Source: an uncultured Actinomycetes bacterium (lineage in GTDB: Bacteria; Actinomycetota; Actinomycetes; Streptosporangiales; Streptosporangiaceae). Taken from it: a stretch of DNA of 64,000 nucleotides. This document shows positions 43,957 to 55,342 of this stretch, one piece after another (position 1 is the first letter of the stretch; each line of letters begins with the position of its first letter). The stretch is from contig CAWEYV010000007.1 in the NCBI GenBank assembly GCA_963813395.1, forward strand, positions 235,625 to 299,624. Direction: 5' to 3'. The notes beneath the pieces were generated by a model. It saw nothing but the letters and a program-made list of their open reading frames with translations, was not told the origin of the DNA and made no database searches. The translations under genes were made by a program, and so were the position numbers.

Positions 43957-45057
43957 TCAGGTGCCCGGCCCGCGGCGGCGGCCCGTTTGGCGGCGGCGGT
44001 ACCTGCCTTGGCCGGGGTGCCTGCCTTGGTCGGCGGCCTCCGCTTTCGCGGCGGCGCGCTGGGCCGCCCGGCCGCCGGCAGCGCGCAGGTTGACCCGCTT
44101 GGTGAGCGCCTTGTACTGGGGCTCACGCTCCTTGAGGTCGGCCAGCACCGGAGTGGCGATGCAGATGGAGGAGTAGGTGCCCGACAGCATGCCGACGAAC
44201 AGCACGAGCGCCAGGTCTCTCAGCTCACCAGCGCCGAGGAGCCCGGCGCCGACGAACAGGATCGAGGCCACCGGCAGGAGGGCGATCAGCGATGTGTTGA
44301 TGGAGCGGACCAGGGTCTGGTTGAGCGCCTTGTTCGCCGCCTGGCTGTAGGTGGAGCGGGTGGAACTCAGCAGGCCTGCGGTGTTCTCCCGGACCTTGTC
44401 GAACACCACCACCGTGTCGTACAGGGAGTAACCGAGGATCGTGAGCAGGCCGATCACCGAGGCCGGGCTGACCGTGAAGTGGGCCAGCGAGTAGACGCCG
44501 ATGGTGATGACGAGGTCGTGGGCGAGCGCGATCAGCGCGGCCGCGGCCATCTTCCACTCGAACGCGATCGACAGGTAGATGACGATCACGACCAGGAAGG
44601 CGATGAGCGCCTCCGCCGCCTTGTGCGAGATCTCGCTGCCCCAGCTCGCCCCGATGGAGGTGACGTTGATCTGGTCCTGCGGGACGCCAGAGGCGTGGCT
44701 GAGCGCGGTCTCCACGTTGCGCTGCGTTGCCGGGCTCAGCGTGCGCGTCTGCACCTGCCACTGGGGCGGCTTACCGATCGGCGTGATCTTCTGGACGATG
44801 GCGTCACTACCGCCGCCGGATGTGCTCACCGCCTGGCGCACCTGGGTGATCGAGGTGGAGCCGGCCTGGAACTGGTAGACCGAGCCGCCCTTGAAGTCCA
44901 CGCTGAAGTTCAGCCCGAACACGAGCAGGGAGATCGTGCTGATCACCAGGATCGCGCCCGAGATCGTGTACCAGAGCCGCTTGCGGGCCACGAACTCGAT
45001 CGAGACCTCACCGCGGTAGAGCCTGCCGCCGATGCCGCCGCCGCGCCCCGACATCAC
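43957..45057 (-). CDS. secF: protein translocase subunit SecF (C-terminal tail and stop uncertain)
   Basis: GLNFSVDFKGGSVYQF, LAHDLVITIGVYSL, LTILGYSLYDTVVVFDKVREN, RSINTSLIALLP, and LFVGMLSGTYSSICIATP. The start overlaps the secD stop. After KALTKRVNL the sequence is low-complexity and two frames look equally codable. Confidence 0.9.
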   Translation of the reverse strand: MMSGRGGGIGGRLYRGEVSIEFVARKRLWYTISGAILVISTISLLVFGLNFSVDFKGGSVYQFQAGSTSITQVRQAVSTSGGGSDAIVQKITPIGKPPQWQVQTRTLSPATQRNVETALSHASGVPQDQINVTSIGASWGSEISHKAAEALIAFLVVIVIYLSIAFEWKMAAAALIALAHDLVITIGVYSLAHFTVSPASVIGLLTILGYSLYDTVVVFDKVRENTAGLLSSTRSTYSQAANKALNQTLVRSINTSLIALLPVASILFVGAGLLGAGELRDLALVLFVGMLSGTYSSICIATPVLADLKEREPQYKALTKRVNLRAAGGRAAQRAAAKAEAADQGRHPGQGRYRRRQTGRRRGPGT

Positions 45058-46958
45058 GCCTCCTTCGCCGTGGCGGACCTGGCTGTGGCAGGCCGCGCCG
45101 GCCTGGCCGGCGCGCGCGGCCCGCCGCGCCAGGGCGCTCGGGCACCCAGGCGCACCGGATCAAGCCCGGACAGCGGATGGCCGCCGCCGAAGAACGTGGT
45201 CCTGGCGAGCAGCGTCATGACCGGGTGGGTGAACGTGAAGACCACCAGCACGTCGATGACCGTGGTGAGGCCGAGCGTGAACGCGAAGCCGCGGACGTCG
45301 CCGATCGAGAAGTAGTACAGCAGCGCGGCGGCGAGGAAGGACACCGTGTCGGAGACCAGGATGGTCCGCCGGGCCCGGACCCACCCGTGTTCCACCGCGG
45401 TCCGCAGTGTCTTACCGCCCTCCCGCACTTCGTCGCGCAATCGTTCGAAGAACACGACAAAGGAGTCCGCGGTGATACCGATGGCCACGATGAGGCCCGC
45501 GATCCCGGCCAGCGACAGCGCCAGGTGCTCGTACTTGCCGAGTGCGATCACCGACAAGTACACGATCAGGGCCGCGATGATCAAGCTGGACACCGCAACG
45601 ATGGCAAGGCCGCGGTAGTAGAACATCAGGTAGACCACGACAAGCAGCAGCCCGAGGCCAGCCGCGATCAGGCCGGCGACCAGCTGGTCGTGGCCCAGCT
45701 GCGGGCTGACCGACTCCACCGACTGCTGCGTGAAGCTGAGCGGCAGCGCACCGTAGGACAGAACGTTCCCCAGGCTGGTCGCGGAACTCTGGTCGAAGTT
45801 CCCGGTGATCTGCGCTGACCCGCCGACGATCGGGCCCTGGTTGATCGCGGGGAACGAGATCACCTTGCCGTCCAGCACGACCGCCAGGTCGTCCAGTGGC
45901 GACTGGGTCTTGCCGTACGTGTTGTACATCTTCGTGGTCAGGTTGCCGAACGCCGTGGCCCCCGCGGACTTGAAGTTCAGGTTCACCTGCCAGAACGTGG
46001 TGCCCTGCTGCACGGAGGCGCTGGCATTCTTGATATCGCTGCCCTTCACCAGGGACTTGTCCAGCGCGAACTTGTACAGCACCCCGTTGAGCGACCCACA
46101 GGACACGATCTGGGTGTTCGGGTCGTTCCAGATCTGCGGGGTGTACCCGATCTGCTGCTGCCAGTTCTTGTCGGCGCAGTTGACCTCGTTGAACAGCTTC
46201 TTCACCTGCGGGCTGACCAGCGCCTGATCGCCGGCGGCGGTCTGCCAGGTAGAGGTGCCGTTCGCCGACGTGGGCACCGGCGACGGCGTCGCGGAAGGCG
46301 TGGCCGCCGCGGACGGGCTGCCGGTCGCGGACGGGGTCGGGCTCGGCTTGGCCGCCGCGGTGAGCGCGGCCGCTCCGCCGAGGCTGCGGGCGCTGCGGGC
46401 CATCTCGGCCACTCCACTGTGCGCGCTGCCACGCACAAAGGCCTTCGTTGACGCGCTGGGCGAGGCGTGCGCCGACGGGCTGGGCGAGCCGGTTGCCGTC
46501 GAGCTCGGCGTCGGCGTCGTGGTCGGCGTCGGAACCGCTGTCGCCTGGTTCGGCGCCTGCAACAGCACCTGGCGGAACAGCAGTTCCGCGGTCTGCTCGA
46601 CCAGCTTCACGACCGCCTGCGACTTCTGGCCGGGCACCGAGACGTTGATGATGTTGGTGCCCTGCGGCACCACCGAAGCCTCGGTGAAGCCGCCCGCGTC
46701 CACCCGGTTCAGCATGATCTGCACCGCGGTGTTCATGTCCTGCGGAGACGGCGCCTTGCCGTGCGGCGCCTGAGCCTTCAGCGCCACCTGGGTGCCGCTG
46801 GTCAGGTCAAGGCCGAGGAGGATGTGGAAGTCCTTCGACCATTTCCCCGGGCTGGCTATGTTGCTGCCTACCACGGCGAGCAGCAACAGAACGATGACGG
46901 CGGCCAGCAGTGCTAGCATCCGGCCGGGCTTGGAGGCGCTATTGCTTGGGGGAGCCAC
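45054..46958 (-). CDS. secD: protein translocase subunit SecD
   Basis: 634-aa ORF: LGLDLTSGTQV, a long Pro/Thr/Ser/Ala-rich periplasmic insert, then LGHDQLVAGLIAAGLGLLLVVVYLMFYYR...GIAGLIVAIGITADSFVVFFERLRDE...TILVSDTVSFLAAALLY. Confidence 0.95.
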   Translation of the reverse strand: MAPPSNSASKPGRMLALLAAVIVLLLLAVVGSNIASPGKWSKDFHILLGLDLTSGTQVALKAQAPHGKAPSPQDMNTAVQIMLNRVDAGGFTEASVVPQGTNIINVSVPGQKSQAVVKLVEQTAELLFRQVLLQAPNQATAVPTPTTTPTPSSTATGSPSPSAHASPSASTKAFVRGSAHSGVAEMARSARSLGGAAALTAAAKPSPTPSATGSPSAAATPSATPSPVPTSANGTSTWQTAAGDQALVSPQVKKLFNEVNCADKNWQQQIGYTPQIWNDPNTQIVSCGSLNGVLYKFALDKSLVKGSDIKNASASVQQGTTFWQVNLNFKSAGATAFGNLTTKMYNTYGKTQSPLDDLAVVLDGKVISFPAINQGPIVGGSAQITGNFDQSSATSLGNVLSYGALPLSFTQQSVESVSPQLGHDQLVAGLIAAGLGLLLVVVYLMFYYRGLAIVAVSSLIIAALIVYLSVIALGKYEHLALSLAGIAGLIVAIGITADSFVVFFERLRDEVREGGKTLRTAVEHGWVRARRTILVSDTVSFLAAALLYYFSIGDVRGFAFTLGLTTVIDVLVVFTFTHPVMTLLARTTFFGGGHPLSGLDPVRLGARAPWRGGPRAPARPARPATARSATAKEA

Positions 46959-47019
46959 TTCTTCCCTGTCCTTCGCTCAACTCGTCGCCACGGCCGCCGT
47001 GGACTTCCTGCTGCGACCG

Positions 47020-47472
47020 TCAGCCGGTCGCAGCGTCGTCTTCAGCCTCGCTGCGCCTCTTGGGCGCGTCCTGCGGCGCGTCCTCGTCCGAGTCCTGCGG
47101 CTCGTCGTCGGCCATATCCTCCGGCTCGTCGTCGGCCACATCCTCCGGCTCGTCGGAGTACTCCGTCTCGGTGCCGTCGGGCACCACGTCCATGATGGCC
47201 CGCCGCATGAACCGGGCCTCGACACCGGGGGCCACCTCAAGGATGACGTCCTGGCCCTCCACCGCCACCACGGTGGCGTACATGCCGGCCGTGGTACGGA
47301 CCCGGGCACCTGGCTCGACGTCGCGCTGCGTCTGCTGCGCCTGTTGCTGGCGGCGGCGCTGCGGCCTGATCATCACGAAATAGAGGACGCCGAACAGCAC
47401 CACGAGCCCGATCAGCAGGTAGGCACTGCTACCGCCCGACTTCGAACTCGCCGCGAGAATCTCATTCCCCAT
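47020..47472 (-). CDS. yajC: preprotein translocase subunit YajC with an acidic repeat tail
   Basis: ATG 47472 reads MGNEILAASS...AYLLIGLVVLFGVLYFVMIRPQRRRQQQ...PGARVRTTAGMYATVVAVEG. The tail is DEPEDVADDEPEDMADDEPQDSDED, encoded by a 27-bp tandem repeat. Confidence 0.9.
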   Translation of the reverse strand: MGNEILAASSKSGGSSAYLLIGLVVLFGVLYFVMIRPQRRRQQQAQQTQRDVEPGARVRTTAGMYATVVAVEGQDVILEVAPGVEARFMRRAIMDVVPDGTETEYSDEPEDVADDEPEDMADDEPQDSDEDAPQDAPKRRSEAEDDAATG

Positions 47473-47697
47473 CACGGGGCACCTTTCCCGTTGACATGCC
47501 GCGCTCGGATCACCTTCCCCGAGCCGCCGGCCAGCCCGACTTTTCGCCACAGCACAACGCTGTCGCTGGCCAACTGCCGAAGTGTAGCGGCGCGCAGGCG
47601 GCGCACCAACAGGCTATGGCCTTCCACGACCGATCGTGACATCCTCGCGACCAAAGTAATCCAACCTGACCAGCGCGCTCCCGGCGGGCCCACCTGG

Positions 47698-48750
47698 TCA
47701 GGAAACGATGCCGTCGTCGAAAAGAGTTCCCGCGCTGGGCTGCGCGACTGCGTCCGGCGCCGCGAGGCCCAGGTACTCCCAGGCGGCGGGGGTGGCCATC
47801 CGGCCCCGGGGGGTCCGCGCGATCAGTCCCTCCCGGACCAGGAACGGCTCGGCGACCACCTCGACCGTTTCGGCTTCCTCGCTGACCGCGACCGCCAGCG
47901 TGGACAGCCCGACCGGTCCGCCCGCGAACCTGGTCACCAGCGCCCGGAGCACCGCCCGGTCGAGGCGGTCGAGGCCGTTGGCGTCCACCTCGTACAGCTC
48001 CAGCGCGGCGTTGGCGACCTCCAGCGACACCACGCCGTCATGCCTGACCTCGGCATAGTCCCGCACCCGGCGCAGCAGGCGGTTCGCGATCCGGGGCGTC
48101 CCCCGCGACCTGCCAGCGATTTCCGCGCCGCCCTCCTCGCGTAGCGTCACGCCCAGCAGCGACGCCGATCGCCGGATGATGACCTCCAGCTCGGCGGCCT
48201 CGTAGAAGTCCAGGTGTGCGGTGAAGCCGAACCTGTCCCGCAGCGGGGCGGGCAGCAGTCCTGCCCGCGTGGTCGCGCCGACCAGCGTGAACGGGGCGAT
48301 GTCCAGCGGGATCGCGGTCGCCCCCGGTCCCTTCCCGACCACCACGTCGACCCGGAAGTCCTCCATGGCGAGGTAGAGCATCTCCTCGGCCGGCCTGGCC
48401 AGCCGGTGGATCTCGTCGATGAACACGACCTCGCCCTCGGCCAGCGTGGACAGCACGGCCGCGAGGTCCCCGGCGCGCTCGATGGCGGGCCCGCTGGTGA
48501 TCCGCAGCGGGGCGCCGAGCTCGGCCGCGATGATCATCGCGATCGTGGTCTTGCCCAGACCGGGGGGGCCGGACAGCAGCACATGATCCGGCGGCTTACC
48601 CCGCCGCTGGGCGCCTTCGAGCACGACGGAGAGCTGCTCGCGAACGCGGCTTTGCCCGATGAAATCGTTCAGCCGCTTGGGCCGGAGCGTGCTCTCGATC
48701 ACCCGCTCATCGGCCTCGGCCAGCGGGGACACGAGCCGCTCGTCGGTCAT
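47698..48750 (-). CDS. ruvB: Holliday junction branch migration DNA helicase RuvB
   Basis: ATG 48750 follows GGGAGG and reads MTDERLVSP...[12 protein letters not shown]. Walker A is GPPGLGKTT, Walker B is VFIDEIHRL, and [16 protein letters not shown] is present. Confidence 0.96.
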   Translation of the reverse strand: MTDERLVSPLAEADERVIESTLRPKRLNDFIGQSRVREQLSVVLEGAQRRGKPPDHVLLSGPPGLGKTTIAMIIAAELGAPLRITSGPAIERAGDLAAVLSTLAEGEVVFIDEIHRLARPAEEMLYLAMEDFRVDVVVGKGPGATAIPLDIAPFTLVGATTRAGLLPAPLRDRFGFTAHLDFYEAAELEVIIRRSASLLGVTLREEGGAEIAGRSRGTPRIANRLLRRVRDYAEVRHDGVVSLEVANAALELYEVDANGLDRLDRAVLRALVTRFAGGPVGLSTLAVAVSEEAETVEVVAEPFLVREGLIARTPRGRMATPAAWEYLGLAAPDAVAQPSAGTLFDDGIVS

Positions 48751-48949
48751 ATTGCCTCCCTCGCGGGCGCTTCGCTTGGTCGTGCCGGAGGCGCGCCAAA
48801 TTGCGGTGCGGGAGGCTGGTCCTCGGCGCCGGGACACTGCAACGGCGCCTGGGGCTGCGTCGTGCCGGAGGTGCGCCAGGCAATGCTGCGCAGCGTTCGG
48901 CCCGGCGCCTGCGGCGCAGCACGCTCAGCAAAGCAGAAAAGCTTGCTGG

Positions 48950-49603
48950 TCATGCCCGGCTCAGCTTCCGGAGGGCGGCCCTTAGCATCACGGCCGCGTC
49001 GGGCTCAGCGGCGGGCACGCCCGGATCGCCGGCCTCGGCGGCCGCGGACACGTCGGCCTCGACCGCGGCGATGGCCTGGTCGGCGTCGCGGGTCTGCCAG
49101 CCCAGGTTGACCAGCCCGGCCCTGACCTGCTCCCGCCACGGTGCCGGGCCGCCCAGCCGGGACAGCACCACACCGCCCACGTCTGCTGGGCTGCCCATAC
49201 CCGGGGCCCCGAGACGGCCGGCGAGTTCCAGCACGATCCGTTGTGCACCTTTGCGGCCGATACCGGGCACACGTGTCAGCGCGGCGACGTCCTCGGTGGC
49301 TATGGCGCGGCGCAGGGCGTCCGGGGTGAACACGGCGAGCATCGCGAGCGCCAGGCGGGGGCCGACCCCGCTGGCGGTCTGCAGCAACACGAACACGTCC
49401 CGCTCATCGTCGGAGGCGAAGCCGAACAGGGTGAGCGCGTCCTCCCGCACGACCAGCGACGTGGCTACCCGGACCTGCTCCCCCGCCCGCAGCGTGGCCA
49501 GCGTGCCGGGCGTGCACTGGACGAGCAGACCCACGCCGCCCACCTCGATGACCGCGCCCTCGGGTGAGATAGCGCAAACGGTGCCAGCCAGGTGCGAGAT
49601 CAC
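48950..49603 (-). CDS. ruvA: Holliday junction DNA-binding protein RuvA
   Basis: GTG 49603 follows AAGGAGG and overlaps the ruvC TGA (GTGA). It reads [32 protein letters not shown]...[31 protein letters not shown]...[19 protein letters not shown]. Confidence 0.94.
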   Translation of the reverse strand: MISHLAGTVCAISPEGAVIEVGGVGLLVQCTPGTLATLRAGEQVRVATSLVVREDALTLFGFASDDERDVFVLLQTASGVGPRLALAMLAVFTPDALRRAIATEDVAALTRVPGIGRKGAQRIVLELAGRLGAPGMGSPADVGGVVLSRLGGPAPWREQVRAGLVNLGWQTRDADQAIAAVEADVSAAAEAGDPGVPAAEPDAAVMLRAALRKLSRA

Positions 49604-50127
49604 CGTGGCCCTCCTTGCCTGAGTGCCGCCTGGGCCGCGGCCAGCCGGTGGTGCATCGCGCCCCGCCAAAGATGGCAGATGGCCAGCGCCAGCGCGTCGG
49701 CGGTGTCGGCCGGGCGGGGCGGGTCGTCCATCCGCAGCAACCGCATCACCATGGCGGTGACCTGGGCCTTGTCGGCCCGTCCGCTGCCGGTCACCGCCGC
49801 CTTCACCTCGCTGGGGGTATGCAGCGCGACCGGCAGGCCACGCCGCGCGGCGCACACGATAGCCACCGCCCCCGCCTGGGCGGTACCCATCACGGTCCGG
49901 ACGTTGTGCTGGCTGAACACCCGCTCCACCGCGACCGCGTCCGGCTGGTACTCCGCCAGCCACCGGTCGATCTCCACTTCCAGCGCCAGCAGCCGGGCCG
50001 CGATGTCCGCGCTGGCCGGGGTCCGGATCACGTCGGCGGCGGCGAGCGCGGGCGGCTTGCCCGCCACGCCATCGATCACGCCCATCCCGCACCGGGTCAG
50101 GCCGGGATCGACGCCGAGCACTCGCAT
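49600..50127 (-). CDS. ruvC: crossover junction endodeoxyribonuclease RuvC
   Basis: [20 protein letters not shown]...[24 protein letters not shown]...[10 protein letters not shown]...[12 protein letters not shown]. Confidence 0.95.
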   Translation of the reverse strand: MRVLGVDPGLTRCGMGVIDGVAGKPPALAAADVIRTPASADIAARLLALEVEIDRWLAEYQPDAVAVERVFSQHNVRTVMGTAQAGAVAIVCAARRGLPVALHTPSEVKAAVTGSGRADKAQVTAMVMRLLRMDDPPRPADTADALALAICHLWRGAMHHRLAAAQAALRQGGPR

Positions 50128-50216
50128 GCGTCACCACCCAGCTGGAACGAACATGTGTTCGGAACCGACCCTACCGGCCGGCGCCGTCACCGGTGGCCAG
50201 CCACGGTGGCGTGTCG

Positions 50217-50969
50217 CTACCCGAGTCGCTCGATCACTTCGTCGGAAACTGAGTAGTTGGCGTACACATCCTGCACGTCGTCGGAGTCCTCGAGGGCCTC
50301 GATCAGCCGGAACACGCGTTTGGCCTGATCCTCATCCAGAGGGACCTCAACCGCGGGCAAGAACGCCACCTCGGCCGACTCGTACTCCAGCCCGGCGTCG
50401 GTCACCGCGGTCCGCACCGCGACCACGTCGCTGGGCTCGGAGGTCACCTCGAAGGAGTCGCCGAGGTCCTCGACGTTCTCGGCGCCCGCGTCGAGCACCG
50501 CCACGAGCACGTCGTCCTCGGTGACACCGTCGCCCTTGGGCACCAGCACCACGCCCCGGCGGTGGAACATGTACGACACCGAGCCTGGGTCGGCCATGGT
50601 GCCGCCGTTGCGGGTCAGCGCCGTGCGCACGTCGGCGGCGGCCCGGTTCCTGTTGTCGGTCAGGCACTCCACCAGGACGGCAACCCCGCCGGGCGCGTAA
50701 CCCTCGTAGGTGATCGCCTCGTACTGGGCACCGCCGGCCTCCAGGCCCGCGCCGCGGCGGATGGCGCGATCGATGTTCTCGTTCGGCACCGAATTCTTCT
50801 TCGCCTTCTGCACGGCGTCGTACAGGGTGGGATTGCCCGCCGGGTCGGAGCCGCCGGTCCTCGCTGCCACCTCAACGTTCTTGATCAGCTTGGCGAAGAG
50901 CTTGCCGCGCCTGGCGTCAACGGCCGCCTTCTTGTGCTTGGTCGTCGCCCATTTGGAATGGCCACTCAT
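50217..50969 (-). CDS. YebC/PmpR-family DNA-binding transcriptional regulator
   Basis: [40 protein letters not shown], 250 aa. The start overlaps the pdxT stop (ATGA). Confidence 0.95.
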   Translation of the reverse strand: MSGHSKWATTKHKKAAVDARRGKLFAKLIKNVEVAARTGGSDPAGNPTLYDAVQKAKKNSVPNENIDRAIRRGAGLEAGGAQYEAITYEGYAPGGVAVLVECLTDNRNRAAADVRTALTRNGGTMADPGSVSYMFHRRGVVLVPKGDGVTEDDVLVAVLDAGAENVEDLGDSFEVTSEPSDVVAVRTAVTDAGLEYESAEVAFLPAVEVPLDEDQAKRVFRLIEALEDSDDVQDVYANYSVSDEVIERLG

Positions 50970-51574
50970 AGTCGTTCCCTCACCATGTCCACGAAGTGCC
51001 GGTGGACGCGCAGATCGCCAGTCAACTCGGGATGGAAGGAGGTGGCAAGCAGCGGTCCCTGCCGGACCGCGACGATCCTACCGGTGGCACGCTCGGTGCC
51101 AAGAATCTCCACCTGTTCGCTGACCGCCTCCACCCACGGCGCCCGGATAAATACGGCGCAGAACGGAGGATCCGGGGGGCTCGCAATCCCCGATAGCACG
51201 ATGTCACTCTCGAACGAGTCGACCTGGCGGCCGAACGCGTTGCGCCGCACGGTCATCCCGATGCCGCCGAGGGTTTCCTGGCCCGCCACGCCGTCCACCA
51301 TCCGATCGGCCAGCATGATCATCCCGGCGCAGGAGCCGAACGCGGCCATCCCGCCGCTGATCCGCTTCCGCAGCGGCTCGGCCAGGTCGAAGGCGACCGC
51401 GAGCTTCCACATCGTGGTGGACTCGCCGCCCGGGATCACCAGCCCGTCAACGACCGAAAGCTCGTCGGTCCTGCGTACGCTCACCGGCCGGGCACCTGCC
51501 TCGGCCAGCATGCGCAGGTGCTCGGCAACGTCCCCTTGCAGCGCAAGGACTCCGATGACCGGGGCCGATCCCAC
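50966..51574 (-). CDS. pdxT: pyridoxal 5'-phosphate synthase glutaminase subunit PdxT
   Basis: GTG 51574 lies 7 nt after GGAGG and reads [23 protein letters not shown]...[11 protein letters not shown]...[11 protein letters not shown]...[11 protein letters not shown] (Cys-His-Glu triad context). Confidence 0.92.
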   Translation of the reverse strand: MGSAPVIGVLALQGDVAEHLRMLAEAGARPVSVRRTDELSVVDGLVIPGGESTTMWKLAVAFDLAEPLRKRISGGMAAFGSCAGMIMLADRMVDGVAGQETLGGIGMTVRRNAFGRQVDSFESDIVLSGIASPPDPPFCAVFIRAPWVEAVSEQVEILGTERATGRIVAVRQGPLLATSFHPELTGDLRVHRHFVDMVRERL

Positions 51575-51706
51575 TGATAAACCTCCGCAACTCTGTCCAC
51601 CCTGATACCGAGGGTAGCCGGGCACGATCCGGGCCCAAGCTCTGTAAAACACCCGGCCAGGCCGATTCAATCCCGCCGCCGTTTCCCGGCGGCGGATTCA
51701 GCGCTG

Positions 51707-52459
51707 CTATGCCTCGCCGCTGGCGGGTGGCTCCCCCGCGCCCGTGGGCGGCCCGGCCGGGGGCTGCTTTGGCCTCCTGGGCGCCGCCGGTTTGCGGGGG
51801 GCGCGCGCGGCTGGACGCCCGCCCTCCGTCAGGTGGCCTTCGATGGCGGCGAGCCGCTCCGCGATCAGGTCGAGACGGCTGACCACCTCGCCGAGGCGGG
51901 CGGTGATGGCTTCCATCTCGAACCGAGAGCTGCCCACCCGGACGGGCATGCCGCCCGGCTGGCGCGGGCGGCCCGGGTGCGGGGCCGTTGCGCGGCCTTC
52001 GCCGGGCACGTCCAGCGGGCCGGGCGACTCCTGCAGAACCTTGACCACCTCGGCACGCACGGTGGGCAGGTCCGCACCGAGCTGGACCAGCACCTGGGCG
52101 GCCACGCCGTCGCCCTCGCGGACCAGGCCGAGCAGGATGTGCTCGGTACCGATGTAGTCGTGACCGAACTGGAGCGCCTCGCGCAACGACAGTTCGAGTA
52201 CCTTCTTGGCCCGCGGGGTGAACGGGATGTGGCCGGGGGGCATGCCCTCGCCCCGCCCGATGATCTCCTGGACCTGCTGCCGTGCGGCTTCCAGGCTGAT
52301 TCCCAGCGACTCAAGGGCCCGCGCCCCCACACCGTCGCCCTCGCGGAGCAGGCCGAGCAGAATGTGCTCGGTACCGATGTAGCTGTGCCCCAGCTCCTGG
52401 GCTTCCTCCTGGCCCAGGACCACGACCTGGCGCGCCCGGTCGGTGAACCGTTCGAACAT
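51707..52459 (-). CDS. standalone Clp N-terminal-domain protein (ClpC-NTD paralogue without an AAA+ module)
   Basis: There are two Clp_N repeats: [49 protein letters not shown] and [46 protein letters not shown] short helical segment ([26 protein letters not shown]) and a Pro/Arg/Ala-rich tail follow. No Walker motifs are present. Confidence 0.88.
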   Translation of the reverse strand: MFERFTDRARQVVVLGQEEAQELGHSYIGTEHILLGLLREGDGVGARALESLGISLEAARQQVQEIIGRGEGMPPGHIPFTPRAKKVLELSLREALQFGHDYIGTEHILLGLVREGDGVAAQVLVQLGADLPTVRAEVVKVLQESPGPLDVPGEGRATAPHPGRPRQPGGMPVRVGSSRFEMEAITARLGEVVSRLDLIAERLAAIEGHLTEGGRPAARAPRKPAAPRRPKQPPAGPPTGAGEPPASGEA

Positions 52460-52513
52460 CTCCGCACTTCCCCGGGAGTTTAGGAGGGGGCGGTCCAGGC
52501 GGCCGCCGGTTGT

Positions 52514-53470
<957 letters not shown>

Positions 53471-53556
53471 GATGAACCTCACTGGAATCGCTGCGACGGC
53501 TCTTCCATGGTAGGCGCTTCCGGCCCCAGAGCACCGAAGCGCCGGAACCCGCACCT

Positions 53557-54138
53557 CTATGCAGCAGGCGGGTCACCGGCGGTGAGATGCGGCATGTCGG
53601 TTGCCAGCCCGGCGCCGTTCCCGGCCACGAGGGAGTCGTCGATCTCGAAGAACTCAGGCATCGGGGCGCCACCGGCCAGGCGCAGCAGCCGGACCAGCCA
53701 CTTGCGCCGCGCCGAGCGGGTTGCCGCGACAGCGTCGTTGTAGAACTTGCGGGCCAGGAACACCTGGTGCGCGGCGGCTTCAAGCTCGGCGAGCAACTCG
53801 TCCCCGCCGGTCCGGGCGACCAGGTCGGTCCGGAACCCGGGCTGGCTGAGCGCGGCCCGCAGGGCGCGGGTGAGGTCGTTCTGCGCGCGTTCATCAAGCT
53901 GGCCCGCGGCCCGGGCGTCGTGCGCGGCGCCCGCGATAAGCAGGCTCGTCGCCGGATCGAGCAGGCCACCGGCGGCCAGCTCGAGCGCCACCGCACTGCG
54001 CCGGACCAGGGCCGCGTCGAGAGCGGCCCGGGCGCCCTCCACCCGGGCATGCAGCCGGTCCAGCCTGCCCGCACGCCAGGAGACGTAGACGCCAACCAGG
54101 ATCGCGACGGCGACGATCAGGATCACTTCGGTCAGCAC
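53557..54138 (-). CDS. hypothetical membrane-anchored protein (distantly LemA-like)
   Basis: It has an N-terminal TM helix ([15 protein letters not shown]) followed by helical repeats and [11 protein letters not shown], reminiscent of the LemA ARxxYN motif. It lies between pimA and pdxS. Confidence 0.6.
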   Translation of the reverse strand: MLTEVILIVAVAILVGVYVSWRAGRLDRLHARVEGARAALDAALVRRSAVALELAAGGLLDPATSLLIAGAAHDARAAGQLDERAQNDLTRALRAALSQPGFRTDLVARTGGDELLAELEAAAHQVFLARKFYNDAVAATRSARRKWLVRLLRLAGGAPMPEFFEIDDSLVAGNGAGLATDMPHLTAGDPPAA

Positions 54139-54214
54139 GGCATGTCCTTACCGCGGCCGCGGTCATACTCGCCGCCGGTCGGCGCGGCAGCCGGGCTCAG
54201 GCGCGCGGGCCGGG

Positions 54215-55342
54215 TCATGGCGCGACCGCCACCTTGCCCGCCGCGGGCACCACGGCCTCGTAGACCTTGACCACGTCCCGGGCCACCACCGGCCAGTCGT
54301 AGGCGCGGACCGCGTCGGTGGCCGCGGCCGACAGCCGCCCGCGCAGGAAGGGGTCGTCAAGCAGCCGGCCCGCCGCGGCCGCCAGCGCGGCCGGATCGCC
54401 GGCCGGGAAGAGTTCCCCGGCCCGGCCGTCCCGCAGCACCAGCCGGAACGCATCCAGGTCGCTGGCCACGATCGGGGCGCCGGCCGCCATCGCCTCGATC
54501 AGGACGACGCCGAAGCTTTCCCCGCCGGTGTTGGGCGCGCAGAACACGTCGACCGAATGGTAGAAGCGTGCCTTGTCCTCCTGCGATACCCGGCCGAGCA
54601 GGACCAGCCGGTCCCGGAACGCCTCGGCCACCCGGCCGCGTACGTCGTCGAGATCACCGGGCCCGGCGATCAGCAGCCGGAGCCCGGGCCGCTCGCTGGC
54701 CAGCAGTTCGAACGCCCGCAGCAGGACGGTCAAGCCCTTGCGCGGCTCGTCCATCCGGCCGAGGAACCCCAGTGCCCCGCCGCTGCCGGGCCAGCCGGGC
54801 AGCGGGCTGGCCTTCTCGTACCGGCGCACCGTCACCCCGTTCGGGATCAGCACCGCATCGCTGCCCATGTGCTCTACCAGCGTGGTCCGGGCCGCTTCGG
54901 ACACCGCGATCCAGCCGCTGATCTTCTCCAGCGCGGTCTGCAGTGCGAGATAGGCGGCGTGCATCGCCCGCGACCGGGGGTTGGCGGTGTGCACGGTCGC
55001 GACGATCGGCCCGTCCGCGACCCAGCAGGCGAGCAGGGACAGGCTGGGCGCGGCTGGCTCGTGCACGTGCAGCACGTCAAAGCCGCCCTCCTTGACCCAC
55101 CGGCGCACCCGGGCGGCCGAGAGGAAGCCGAAGGCGAGCCGCGCCACGGACCCGTTGTACGGAACGGGGATCGCCCGCCCGGCAGGCACCACGTAGTCCG
55201 GCAGCGGGGTGTCGTCGTCGGCCGGGGTGATCACGGAAACCTCGTGACCCAGCCCGATCAGCGCCTCGGCCAGGTCCTTGACGTGCTCCTGGACCCCGCC
55301 GGGGACCTCCCAGGTATACGGGCAGACCATGCCGATCCTCAC
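54215..55342 (-). CDS. pimA: GT4 phosphatidylinositol alpha-mannosyltransferase PimA
   Basis: VRIGMVCPYTWEVPGGVQEHVKDLAEALIGLGHEV, the C-terminal GT4 region FCAPNTGGESFGVVLIEAMAAGAPIVASD, and conserved position after pgsA1-patA. The GTG overlaps the upstream stop (GTGA). Confidence 0.9.
   Translation of the reverse strand: MRIGMVCPYTWEVPGGVQEHVKDLAEALIGLGHEVSVITPADDDTPLPDYVVPAGRAIPVPYNGSVARLAFGFLSAARVRRWVKEGGFDVLHVHEPAAPSLSLLACWVADGPIVATVHTANPRSRAMHAAYLALQTALEKISGWIAVSEAARTTLVEHMGSDAVLIPNGVTVRRYEKASPLPGWPGSGGALGFLGRMDEPRKGLTVLLRAFELLASERPGLRLLIAGPGDLDDVRGRVAEAFRDRLVLLGRVSQEDKARFYHSVDVFCAPNTGGESFGVVLIEAMAAGAPIVASDLDAFRLVLRDGRAGELFPAGDPAALAAAAGRLLDDPFLRGRLSAAATDAVRAYDWPVVARDVVKVYEAVVPAAGKVAVAP

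Noticed and set aside
43287-44126. 279-aa minus-strand ORF spanning the secF 3' end, the spacer and most of apt, as an independent gene.
   Set aside because: It overlaps two well-supported genes out of frame. Only its central acidic portion is considered (see findings) as a possible continuation of the SecF tail.
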